NCBI RefSeq assembly: GCF_037042905.1
Contig: NC_087249.1
Location: 47,430,001-47,494,000, forward strand
Direction: 5' to 3'
From: Lytechinus pictus
Taxonomy: Eukaryota
DNA length: 64,000 bases
Made by a program: the position numbers and the translations under genes. Below are positions 12,501 through 24,500 of this stretch, piece after piece (within the stretch, counting starts at the first letter, position 1; the number at the start of each line of letters is the position of its first letter). The notes under the pieces are model-generated. The model was not told the DNA's origin, made no database searches, and was given only the letters and a program-made list of their open reading frames with translations.

Positions 12501-15500
12501 TTTCCACACTTACCATATTGACATGTTTGCCCGATGAACGGAGACTGACAGATACACGAAAAATTGTATGGGGTGATGTGTAGATGATCTGTACATATTC
12601 CATTTCCTTGGCATGGGTTTGATGAGCATGGATATGCTATGATCGAGATAACATGAAATAAATTAACTTGAGATCGAGTAGGGATCTTTTTTTTTGTTGG
12701 AAGTAGATCTAGACAAACATTTAAAATATCACTGAGTTTACACTCAAATACTACTTTTCAATCTAAAGAGTTAAAACATAGGTCTACTTTTACAATAGTG
12801 ATTTTGACAGACATGCATTAATTCGTTCACTTTTTAAAATTTATACCAGGCTGATATAGTTATCTAGGCGTATTGAGTATTTAATTAGGATGGAAATTAA
12901 GATGCAAAATTAATATAATTAAAACAATCCGATATACCTGGTATGAATTTGTATGATTTGATTTAGATAGCCAATTTGTTTTATCAATTCAATTAAAGTT
13001 TCAGTTTAATTTTGTTCATGTTGTCTTTATATACATTTTCATTTAATGCATTATACTTGAGTAACCTAACTAAGAAAAAAAGAATGGTAGAACATTACCA
13101 TACTGACAGTAAACTCCATCGTATGAGGGAGGGCAAAGACATTTCTTGAAAACTCCAGTAGATTCTTCACTCTCACATGTACCTCCATTTGAGCAAGTTG
13201 TAGCAGTACATTTATCTATAAAAAAATATGAAATCATAGTTTGATTTTTGTTATTACAGCATAATTTTGTTTATTGATTAAGAAAGATATAAACATATTT
13301 TTTTCCAAGTGAAGTAGACGGTAGCAACACAGGTAGAGCAATACTGCAAAGTGCTCACGCCCTCTACGTTCGTTGATTTTTAAATGTATACCACCTGTAT
13401 AAAAGTACCTTGGTTTGAATTCATTATTACCTTTATTACAGCGTGGACCAGTCCAGTCGGCTGCACAGGTACAAGAGAAAGTAGGTGAATCGCCGGTAAC
13501 CGCGGAAACGCATGTAGCTCCGTTGAAGCACAGGTCCACAATGTCAATGCAAGGATCACCTTATTTAAGAATATGATAAATATAGAACAATCAAACTGCG
13601 TTCGCTCATCCTGGTAAATAATCATTATAATATCATTATCAATTTTGTTTTTACAAAATCATTCAGCATTTCGTGGAACATTCCCGCCCTGTAACCCAAA
13701 CAATTTCTGGTAAGCAAAACGATTATAACAGTTGAGGTGTTCTTTACACTGCTAGGGAAAAGGCCAGGATCGATCAATGAAGATTGAGTGACTGTCTTGA
13801 CAAATTCTACGGAAATAATTGAGAGCACTATAAGTGTATGAATGAAGAGCTAACTAAAGGTATACTCTCACGCCACGGGACGGTCGGATGACAGTCATGA
13901 ATGTTTTGATGGTTCTGGACCTGAATACTACCGTGAATATGGATGGCCGTAGAATAGATCAAACATGAGCAGCTGTTTTCCCTTGATTCTGTTTAGAACG
14001 GCAGATCGGTCACTCAGCCGTCACAGACGGACCGTGACCATCGCTTAAGTGTGAGAGCACCTTCAAAACAAGTGAAGCGTCTCTGGCAGTCTCACCTGCA
14101 TTACGTAATTCAATAAAGTAGCAATGCTGACTTTGAAAACTACTATAAAATAAAGATTCGCAAACACACCACTACGTTCATTGACCCTAAATGACATCTG
14201 ACCTTGATCATGTGACCTAAGACTTGTCAGTGATACTTGATTACCCCTATGTCCACAATTCATAAACTATATCCATAAACTTTGAAAGTTATGACAGCCC
14301 ACAGTTCATTGACCTTAATGACCTTTGACCTTGGTCATGTCCCCTGAAACTCGCCCAGGATGTATAGTGATACTTGATTATTCTTATGTCCAATTTTAAT
14401 GAACTGCACCAATGCAAATTCGAAGTTATGATGGTAATTCAACAAATACCCTAAAATGGCCAAAGTTCACTGACCCTAAATGACCTTTGACCTTAGTCAT
14501 TTGATTTGAGGCTCAGGCAGGATCTTTAGTAATATCTTATTACACTTATGGCCAAGTTTCATGAACTAGGTCCATATACTTTCTAAGTTATGATGATATT
14601 TCAAAAACTGAACCTTATAAGTTAAGATTTCGATATTGACTCCCCCAACATGATCTAAAGTTCATTGACCCTAAATGACCTTTGACCTTGGTCATGTGAC
14701 CTGAAACTCAGGCAGGATGTTCAGTAATACTTGGTTAACCTTATGTCCAAGTTTAATCAACTAGGTCCATATACTCTCATTTCAAAAACTTAACCTTCGG
14801 TGAAGATTTGATGTTGACGCCGCCGTCGCCGTCGGAAAAGCGGCGCCTATAGTCTCACTCTGCTATGCAGGTGAGACAAAAACACATAAATGCAGAGGCG
14901 TAATGAGCCATACATTTTGAGGGGGCAGAAATGGTATACTACTATGGGGCTAAACCTCTGAAAAGATAAGTGCCCTCGAAGTGCATGAACTCGAAAATAC
15001 CTTCAAAAAACAAAATCTGCATTTAGGAAAAAAAATTGACAAAATATTCAAAAAGTATCATATTTCACCTTTCATTTCCTTGTCTTTTTTTTCTTAGTCC
15101 TCTTTTTTCTTTGAGGGGGGGGGGGGGGGTCCATGAGCCCCAAGCACCACCCATATGTACGCCAGTGCAAGCATGAATATAATTACCCAAGTCACAGATA
15201 CTGCCAATGAAGCCTGTTTGGCAAATACACGTATACTGATGCTCTGGCAAAGGGTCACATGAGCCTCCATTCGAACAAGGATTGGTAGGTCTATCACACG
15301 GATGTATTACTGAAAAGAAAATTGAAACGAAGGAGAAGAACTCATTCAGTGCTAAATCCACAGCACAGAGAGCCCACACTTATTGCGAGCAAAGTTGGTG
15401 AAATTCAATGACACAGTTGTATTCTTATCGTCATTAATATGCAATGGGTAAGTTGATACCACGTACCCCACTTCCCCTATTTATATTCTGTATATGAAAC

Positions 15501-18500
15501 ACTAACGACCTAATTTTGTTTACACATATATATGAATATATCTCCATTGTATCAAATTACAATTGATCATGTTAATGATACCAACCAAGCCAACCCTATT
15601 TCAAAATTTGTTGGCCGGATGATTTGAACAATTGTAATTTGTGGGGAGGTGGCATCACCACCTTGCACAATGCATAGTCCTGATCATAAACTGTTTCACC
15701 GAATTAATGTAAAATTCTGTGTTCTTCATCTACTGTTATTGAAATGTTCAGTATATTATTTGCATAAGTTCAATCTCTTCATTCAATGTTCAAATCATAT
15801 CATTTCCAGCCTGAAGCACCCTTCTTATGCCACATTTCAAATCGACTGCATTCAACTTTTCTTTTGTTTCCCTTTTTTTTTTACTGCATTCAACTTCATG
15901 TATACATTCAGGTGGGTGTTTCATAAAGCTGTTCGTAAGTCAATTGCGACTTTAAGAACGACTGGTGATCCTTTCTTGTGATAAATGGTATATTCATTGG
16001 CGATGGTTTAGCGCGTAAGAAGGGTTCACCAGTCGTTCTTAAAGTCGCTCTTCACTTACGAACAGCTTTATGAAACGGCCCCCAGGTCTTACGCCCTTTC
16101 CCAATGATATTTCTGGATCTACCCAACCATACACCCCTGTAAAATAATCCACTTACAGCTCTCGCAGTGGTCCCCGGTGTACTCCGGTAAACATGAGCAG
16201 TACACTACCGGGGTAATGACCCAACCGTTGCTGTAGGAGCAAGTAGCTCCATTTTGACAGGGGCTCTGGTCTAGAATACAAGGATCAGCTGCATTGTGGG
16301 AGAAAACGGGTGGTATAGCATGTGGTTGTATTTACTTGGGCTACTTCTCATGTGTTAAATAGATTCGGTCTCTTCTAAATATTGCCTATATGCCGTTTGG
16401 CCTACAATATACTTCGCGTTGTACGCCTCTGCCTCTTCTGGGGCCCGTTGCAGAAAGAGTTGCAACCAATCGCAACTCTAAAAATCACGCGCAACTTGAT
16501 TTTCAACCAATCAACAGCGCGCATTTGGGACTTGCGACTGATTTTTTGACTTGCGTTTAAACGCAACTTTTTCTGCAACGGACCCCTAATACTTTACTCT
16601 GCAGTGATACGAAATATGACGACTATGACCTCGAGTTTGATTAAATGGGATAGCGATGGAGAATTTTCCTCTATGTAGATACCAGTCTTTTTGACGCGGT
16701 TTTTAAGGCACATTTGCTCCAAAAAAAGTGCTGATATATAGTATCGAAAACAAGCACAACCCTATTTTTTAGATGTTCACACCTCTTTCGTATAACTTTC
16801 TGTACAACCATGCAAAATTTGGTGAAAATGACTTGGGTTTTGAATAAAGTGCAGCATTTATTGCACTTATTAAATTTATTATATAAATTTCGATATTTTC
16901 TTTAAAAATATGTTTTAGTCGTCTTTCACACCTTATTTTCAAAATTAAAGGTGCTGCTACTCTTTAAAAAGCAAACGAATAGCAACATGAGTCGATTCTT
17001 TATCCTAAAATATCTGTAAAATTTACATTGATTTTGAAGGAGTAATAGTGGTATAAATTCAATGTTGTGATCTCGAGGGGTCTAAAAATGCAAAATTATT
17101 TTTATTGCGCATTTCCCGAGACAATTCAGGCGGGTGAACTTCAAAGCTCGATGGCCAAAATTCTAGCACATGAACCTATGTTACTTTTTGTATATTTGGA
17201 AAAACTGAATTGGTAAACCAACTCTGTGCAAAATTTTGTGAAAATGATATTGATTTCATTTTAACATCACCACTGATCACCGCAGTGGTCAGATCATGCC
17301 AAGAGGACGCGCACTACTGGTGTATTAATCAATAAGATTCGGAGTTGCATTTCATATACACGTCGGTATTTACTTGCGACTCTTAAATCACACTTCAATC
17401 ATTGTGAAACATCACTAGGTTCTATTAAAAACTTCCAATTTCATTTCCGTTCATACTAAAACAAAAATAATAAAATATATACATATTTCCATGTCGGCCA
17501 GGCTGATGGAATAATAAATACATGTGGACATACCATAATCAGCCCAGCCCCCCCCCCCTTGGTCAGGCATGACAAAAAAAATATATATATTTTTTCTATC
17601 CAGCTTATGATTTACCAACCATATTGGCATGAACGACCGATAAAAGAAGGAGAACAATGGCAGGAGTAGTCGTAAGGGATAGTATCCAGAATATTGGTAC
17701 AACTTCCTCTTCCGGAGCACTGTTCCAGTGTGCAAGGATAAGCTGTAAGGTATGGGATTGATAAAAAGGATTGGTTATATACATGTACATGTATATATAC
17801 TTTTTAAATTTGTTTATGTAAAAGTGTTGCTTTAAAAGTAAATGAAAAACAGACCAAATAAACAGTTCATGTGAAGAGTGCGAAATTGATTAGAAGTTTC
17901 CATGTTTATTTTCTGCCATCAATCAGAGTGCTACCCAAAAAGCAGTTTTCTTAATATCTGTCTATTAACATGATTAACTATCTTGGCATTTCACCAAACT
18001 TCTTAACCTGATTAATTGTCGATTAAAAATATTGGAAGTTGACAATTATGTTAACTTTAACAAATTTTTGATAAATCCTTGATAACGTATCTGTTCCATG
18101 ATTCTGCAGACACGTTGTATAAAACATATCTCACACAATTAACAAAGCTCTTGAACACGTTAAATTAACGACGGCAACTCTAACTGCTAAAGTTGTAATA
18201 TACCGAAGTAAATGAAATAAATACACAAGTTCTACCTAAACAAAATCCTAGATAAGGGGAGCGTTTAATGAAATGACTTGTCGGACGTTTTATCTGACAG
18301 TTACAATAGCAACAGTGATTCTCAGCAAAAATCAAAATCACGGGAAGTTGTTCGATCTGACAACTTGTCGGATGAAAATGTTGATGAAACGCTCACTTGG
18401 GCCCTTTAATACTTTATTGAATGCCAAGCTGTAACTCACCGTTTTCACACTGAGATCCATAGTATTCTGACGTACAGTGGCAAGAGAGGAATTCCCCGGT

Positions 18501-21500
18501 TTCTGTGTCACCCTGGCACGTTCCTCCGTTCGAACACACGGGACCAATGCAACCAAGTGCTAAAATATGAATAACACACTGTTAAAACTAGGGTGTTAAA
18601 AACTACACCAGTTGGTGTCTACAGAGGAGCACATTTTCAGTTGTTAAATTACACCCTAGAGATTGAACATGACACCAAAGAAAGTAACACCATTCAACAA
18701 TTTAATCATCACCACCATTTTTCAATTTTTAGTTAATCCCTTTATTTTTTATAAGAAAACTAAAAACGTTATTATAACTAAATAAAATGGAATCTGATGA
18801 AAAAAAGTACCTCACAAACACACAAGCACACCCTCACACCAACATACACCCCATGCTGAACATTTTAGTTGCGTAGAAGACACAAAATATTAACATGGGC
18901 TTTTGATTTTTATGAGAGCATACAAATAAAACTGAGAGGGGGAAGATGGTGAGAGAGACAGATACATGAGACAAAGAGAGGAGGGTGGGGAGAGAGAGAG
19001 GTGGAGAATGGAAGTTTCTCTCATTTGAGTGAATTCCGAATAGAATATACCAAAATTAAGATCGAGTAAAGAAGAAATCTTGAAATCATGAAGCAGGCAA
19101 AGAGGGAAGAGAACTTGAAGCTCAATCTATTCAGCCTTTTCCTTAATTTATGTTTTCCGTTGGGAATATAGAATACGGTGTACACTCACCGTAGCTTAAA
19201 ACAATAGTTTCACCGTCCAAGATGGCAATTGCAGCATGACAGTCTGTGGAATATGCCGATACGTCAGCGCATTAAAACTTACCCGTTTGACATTCATCTC
19301 CAGTGAAGCCCTCACGGCACAAACAGGTGTAGAACTCAGAGACAGCGACGCAAGTTCCTCCGTTATCACAAGGACTAGAGCTCCAGCATGGATGAACTAA
19401 TTCGTCAAAAAGGGAGAGAATATCAATACTAATTCTTTCTCAATCGTTGTGATTCCACATGATTCGGGCTTTTTCACAGACAGGCTGCTCCTATCATTGC
19501 AAATTTGTAATNNNNNNNNNNNNNNNNNNNNNNNNNNNNNNNNNNNNNNNNNNNNNNNNNNNNNNNNNNNNNNNNNNNNNNNNNNNNNNNNNNNNNNNNN
19601 NNNNNNNNNNNNNNNNNNNNNNNNNNNNNNNNNNNNNNNNNNNNNNNNNNNNNNNNNNNNNNNNNNNNNNNNNNNNNNNNNNNNNNNNNNNNNNNNNNNN
19701 NNNNNNNNNNNNNNNNNNNNNNNNNNNACTACTCCTACTTACTCCTTTTACTACTCCTACTCCTACTACTACTACTACTACTAATATTAATGATAATAAT
19801 AAGAAGAAGAAGAAGAGGAAGAGAAGAGAAGAAGATGATAAGAGTGAAGAAAAATATAAACAAAAATAGATTAAGAATTAGAACAAGTATGAAAGTGATA
19901 ATTATACTACTGATGATTATGGTGGAGGTATGACCATGATATTATAATGAGAAAAGGGACAAGATCAAAGAGAACAAGAAGGATATATTACCATTTTCAC
20001 ATAAAGGACCAGTGATGAGGGGTGAACTGCTGATACATTCTGCTTCAAAGGAATCACTGACTTTGCAGAGGCAGTCATTCTCGCATGGATTCGGTATACA
20101 TGGATCATCTGAAATATAAATTAGAGCACACTCTTAACATGTTGGGCAACACACTGTCCACACAAGATTTGGTTAAAAACCTTATCCAACTCTGGATATT
20201 TTTCAACCAATGTTTAGTATTCACCCAAATCACTCATTATTGGTTTAAAACTTCCCAGAATTGGATAAAGTGTTAACCAATTGTTGTGTGGACAACATTT
20301 TTAAGAGTGCAGAGTGATACGACGACGACTACTACTACTTCAACTACTACTGCTACTTCTACTACTACTACTACTTCTTCTTCTTCTTCTACTTCTTCTT
20401 CTTATTCTTCTACTACTACTACTACTATACTATACTACTACTACTACTACTACTACTCACCGCCGCTACTACTACTACTACCACTACGACTACTACTACT
20501 ACTTCTGTTACGTACTATTATCATTATACCTGTACAAGCACCTTTATCCTTATTATACATACATGAAACAGATATATTGTTTTATTACAAGACAGTAAAC
20601 ATTATTGTTATTCTACGGCGTTTAATGTGGGGAAACAGATTAATTGCGTTAGCGGTAACTTTCAAACAAGAATGCAATTCGCCTGGGGCCCGTTTCATAA
20701 AAAGTTACAACTGTTGTAACTTTGCCATTATGGCAACTACTATGGAAACGGCTCAGCAGCCAATCAAAATCAAGGTTTTCATGGTAGTTGCCAAAATGGC
20801 AAAATTACAACAGTTGTAAGTTCTCTGTATGAAACGGCCCCTGATGGCTTGCAGCATTTTATCACCATTTTTGCGGTCAGGAGATGACAACATATGACAA
20901 TGGATAATTTGGGTGAGTTTTATGTGTACGGATACACTATTGTTTAACCATAGTTTAGCTTACGAACATGCTCCTTTTATGAAAACAAGAAATGTTGTGG
21001 CCCAGTGGATAAGTCGACGGACTTTGGATCACAAGGTCCGGGGTTCGAATCTCACCATGACACTCGCGTTTTTTGGCAAGGCGTTTAACTACAATTGCCA
21101 CTCTCCATCCAGGTGTAGTAAATGTATACCAGAATGTAAGAAGGAAATCCATGAATGCTCGAGCAGTCCTGATCAGGGTATCCGTGCTAAAGCCGGGGAT
21201 AAGATGGAGTGCACTTATATTAGAACAATTACATTGAGCACGTACTATATAAATGTTATGGAATTTACGTTTACTCACCAATACCGCAAAATAGTCCAAC
21301 ACTACCGGGAACACAGTCGCATACGATTTCATTGCTGACCACACTACAGGCCCCTCTCCCATTACAAGAACTGGTCAAGCAAAACTTCACGGCTGAAGTA
21401 AAATTGGAGGTCAAAATGTATTATTTATAGCAGCGGATTATGCAAACCACTCTTATCTAACACCATTTCGAAAAATTGTCGGATTTATCCATATACTACA

Positions 21501-24500
21501 AAAGTACTACAGGTTACCTGCTTTTTAGGCTAATTAAAATGAAAAAAAAAGTTCTAAAGGTAGGGAGAGTGCGAGCAGATGGGGTCGTACTGTGTAGTGA
21601 GCCAGAATGCACATAAACCAAAATGTTTGGGGTTCCTTAATAACAAGAAGGATCAACATCGAAAGTAACTAACACAATCCCACACCAATCCCGTATAAGC
21701 GTTTTTGGAGGGGATCCAATGGGTCGAATTGACAAATGTTTGATCATGGACATGACGGAGCTTTATTGATGGGTGAACATAATTTGACAAGCAGTAGCAT
21801 AGGGCTGACCAAAACGGACGACATAGTCTTATTTCTTTTTCAGCCTTTCCGGGGCCTCACCAGCCAATTATATATTTGAACATATACATTGTGATTCCAC
21901 ATCAAGTCTAGATTTAAGACAAAACATTTAACTTAGTTTGCAATGCTTATTAAATGTTAATACAGTTGAAATTGAAGTTTTGCTACGTGCTTGTCACTAG
22001 TTCCCATGTTCTCATTAACACACATACAAATATTTTACACGTAAACGCCCACACACAAACAGGCATGCATCATATAAAGAAAGCTAGAAAAATATCATAT
22101 ATATACATACGGAGAATGTAATGAATATACATATATATACATAAACACACATTATAACAATAATAAACAAACTAATACAAAAAAATCGAAGAATGCTCAC
22201 AAATTTCACTCTGACTAGTTTCGTTCTAATTTTTCAGAAAGACACTTTCTGAATTATTGAAACGAAACTAGTTAGAGTGAAATGTATGAGAATTCTTTGA
22301 TTTTCCTTCTATTAGTATATTTATCACTTTATTTCCTTGGTGGAAAACACATTTTCATTATTTTGTGTGATGGTGTGTGTATATTTATACTGTGAAATAA
22401 ATGACAATCACAAGAGCTATCATCCCTTTTCGAAAGAAAAATGTCTATGTGGGTAAAGGAGAAGAAGTAATTGTTGAGTTTGAAGATCTTTTTATCTGTC
22501 TGTCAATTGGACGAGGGTTTGCCAAGCCGTAACCCGTTCATAATTCATAATTCATTGAAAATGCTTAGCATTAATCCTGATATATAAAGCATATTAATTT
22601 TCATGTTACATTGATTGGCCTCTTGACATTTGAGCTGAATTGAATTATATATTCATGAGGAAAGTCTTCCTAATGAATAGACATGAGTCATGAATATTAC
22701 TGGTCACATAGTAAACATGTCAAAGGTGTTTCGTCCTAGTAGTCCACTATTCTGCATGGGATTAATTTAATTGCGGGACACTAAAGGGGATATAACCAGC
22801 AAAATGCTACAAGTAGTGGTACTACTACTACTACTACTACTACTACTAGTAGTAGTAGTAGTAGTACTAGCCGTAACAGACCCATCACCGCCCCGAAACT
22901 TCCCGGGAGATCGGCCTGGTCAGACTCGAGTCAAGGGGAAGCACCACTAACTGCACAACTCGACTCCAGCATTCCCTCACTGCACCGCGGAGATCGATAA
23001 TCGACGCATATTGGAATCGCATGAAAGATTACATTTTTTCCATATCCTGTGGGTAGATTTACAAAAACATCTCGTCTTTTCAGTGAAGATTTAATTTCAA
23101 CGACTTGCAAATCCTTAAATCGGTCACTATTTAGCATTTTAGAGGCATATTCAAATGCTCTTTGATATTTCGTCGTCACTCTTCGCCAAGAATCCACGGG
23201 TCGCCATTCAAGATGAGCTCATATTCAATATGTCGTCATAGCAGCCCGCGCTCTCATTGGATGATTTTCACCGACCAGGTTTTGGTCGGAATATTGGTAA
23301 AAACAATAAAAAACAAAAGAAAGTCGGTGAAATTCCATAGACGGATCCAGGGGGGGGGGCCGGGCCTCCCCTATTGGCGGAGCAAAAAAAAAGAAGAAAA
23401 AACGAAAGGAAGAAAAAAGGGGAAAAAGGAGGGAAAAGAGAGGAGATAAAATAAGAGTAGGGGAAAACTTGGAAAATACAAATAATCTTTCATTATATAA
23501 AATTTTCGCTCGCGCTTCGCGCTTGCATTGACTGTTAGGTGATTTTCATATCTTGTTCGATATGGAGTTTAGATATAAAGTTTGGAAGTCAATATATATA
23601 ACATATTTCACCTCGGAAATCGAACTTTCATTATTTTGTGTGATTTACAAATTGTTTTTAAAAAGTGCTCTGTAAAAATGTCAGTTTTATGGTCTGAATA
23701 TTAACATTTTCTGCTCGTGCTGTGCGCTCGCAAATTTTGATTTATCAGGTACCTATTATTTTCCTGTGTTCCATAAAGTTTTCAAAATATCCCTTTTCAG
23801 GTCTGATTGTCTAAACGTATCAGCTAGCGCTGCATGCTCGCATTTTGATTGGCGAGTTATGTATGTCTCAATATTGATTATACAACAAACTACTTAAAAC
23901 CCCATTTTCATGACAGTTTAATCAAAATTTTTGGCTAGCGATTTGCGCTCGCATTGATGGTTGAAATATATTAACTTGATGCATCCTATTTATAATTACA
24001 AAAGTGCTTGAAATGTCCAGTTTTCAAGCCATAATAACATCAGATTTCGTGCCCTCACTAGGCATTAATAAATAAGATATTGCTTTGATAATTAAAATGT
24101 CCCTTTTGTTTCATCTCTCACTTAGCAAGAGGAATAGGACGATAGTCATCATTTTCATAATTATGCATGTCCTAAGGATGTCCCGGTCCTATGTTAAAAC
24201 TCAAAGTAAAAACATGAATAATATTAAAAATATTAGCTCTTTATTAAGTGCGATCCATATCCACCTCACAATTTTCCTACAAAGTGCTTGCAATTTAAAG
24301 CTGAAATTGACTCTTTTTTTCAGATCGGAATATCAAAAGGTTTAAGCTCGCGCTTCGCGCTCGCTTTGATTTTCATGATAAAAGATGTATTTAGAATGCC
24401 AAGAAGATTCTAGGTCTGAATATGAAACACATGCACGCATGTTTATTCAGATAGTCAACGTGTTCTCTATTAAATCATTATCCAGTTTCAGATCACAATA

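Larger units (their letters stand above)
8600..12996. repeat. Direct tandem duplication of a two-exon unit (copies ~8600-11035 and ~11035-12996)
   Basis: Near-identical exons and introns; AATTATTCATTATCTATGTAGATT at ~8601 and ~11034; extra sequence in the left copy ~8790-9290. Confidence 0.92.

Noticed and set aside
19190-19243. Possible 54-nt phase-1 micro-exon ([18 protein letters not shown]) with a GTGAGT donor
   Set aside because: Only 39 nt from the EGF18 donor, weak pyrimidine tract and no recognisable motif; unsupported without RNA data.
20286-20819. Thr/Ser/Leu/Tyr-rich ORFs (also at 19449, 41033, 49928, 55324)
   Set aside because: Translations of trinucleotide microsatellites or N gaps.
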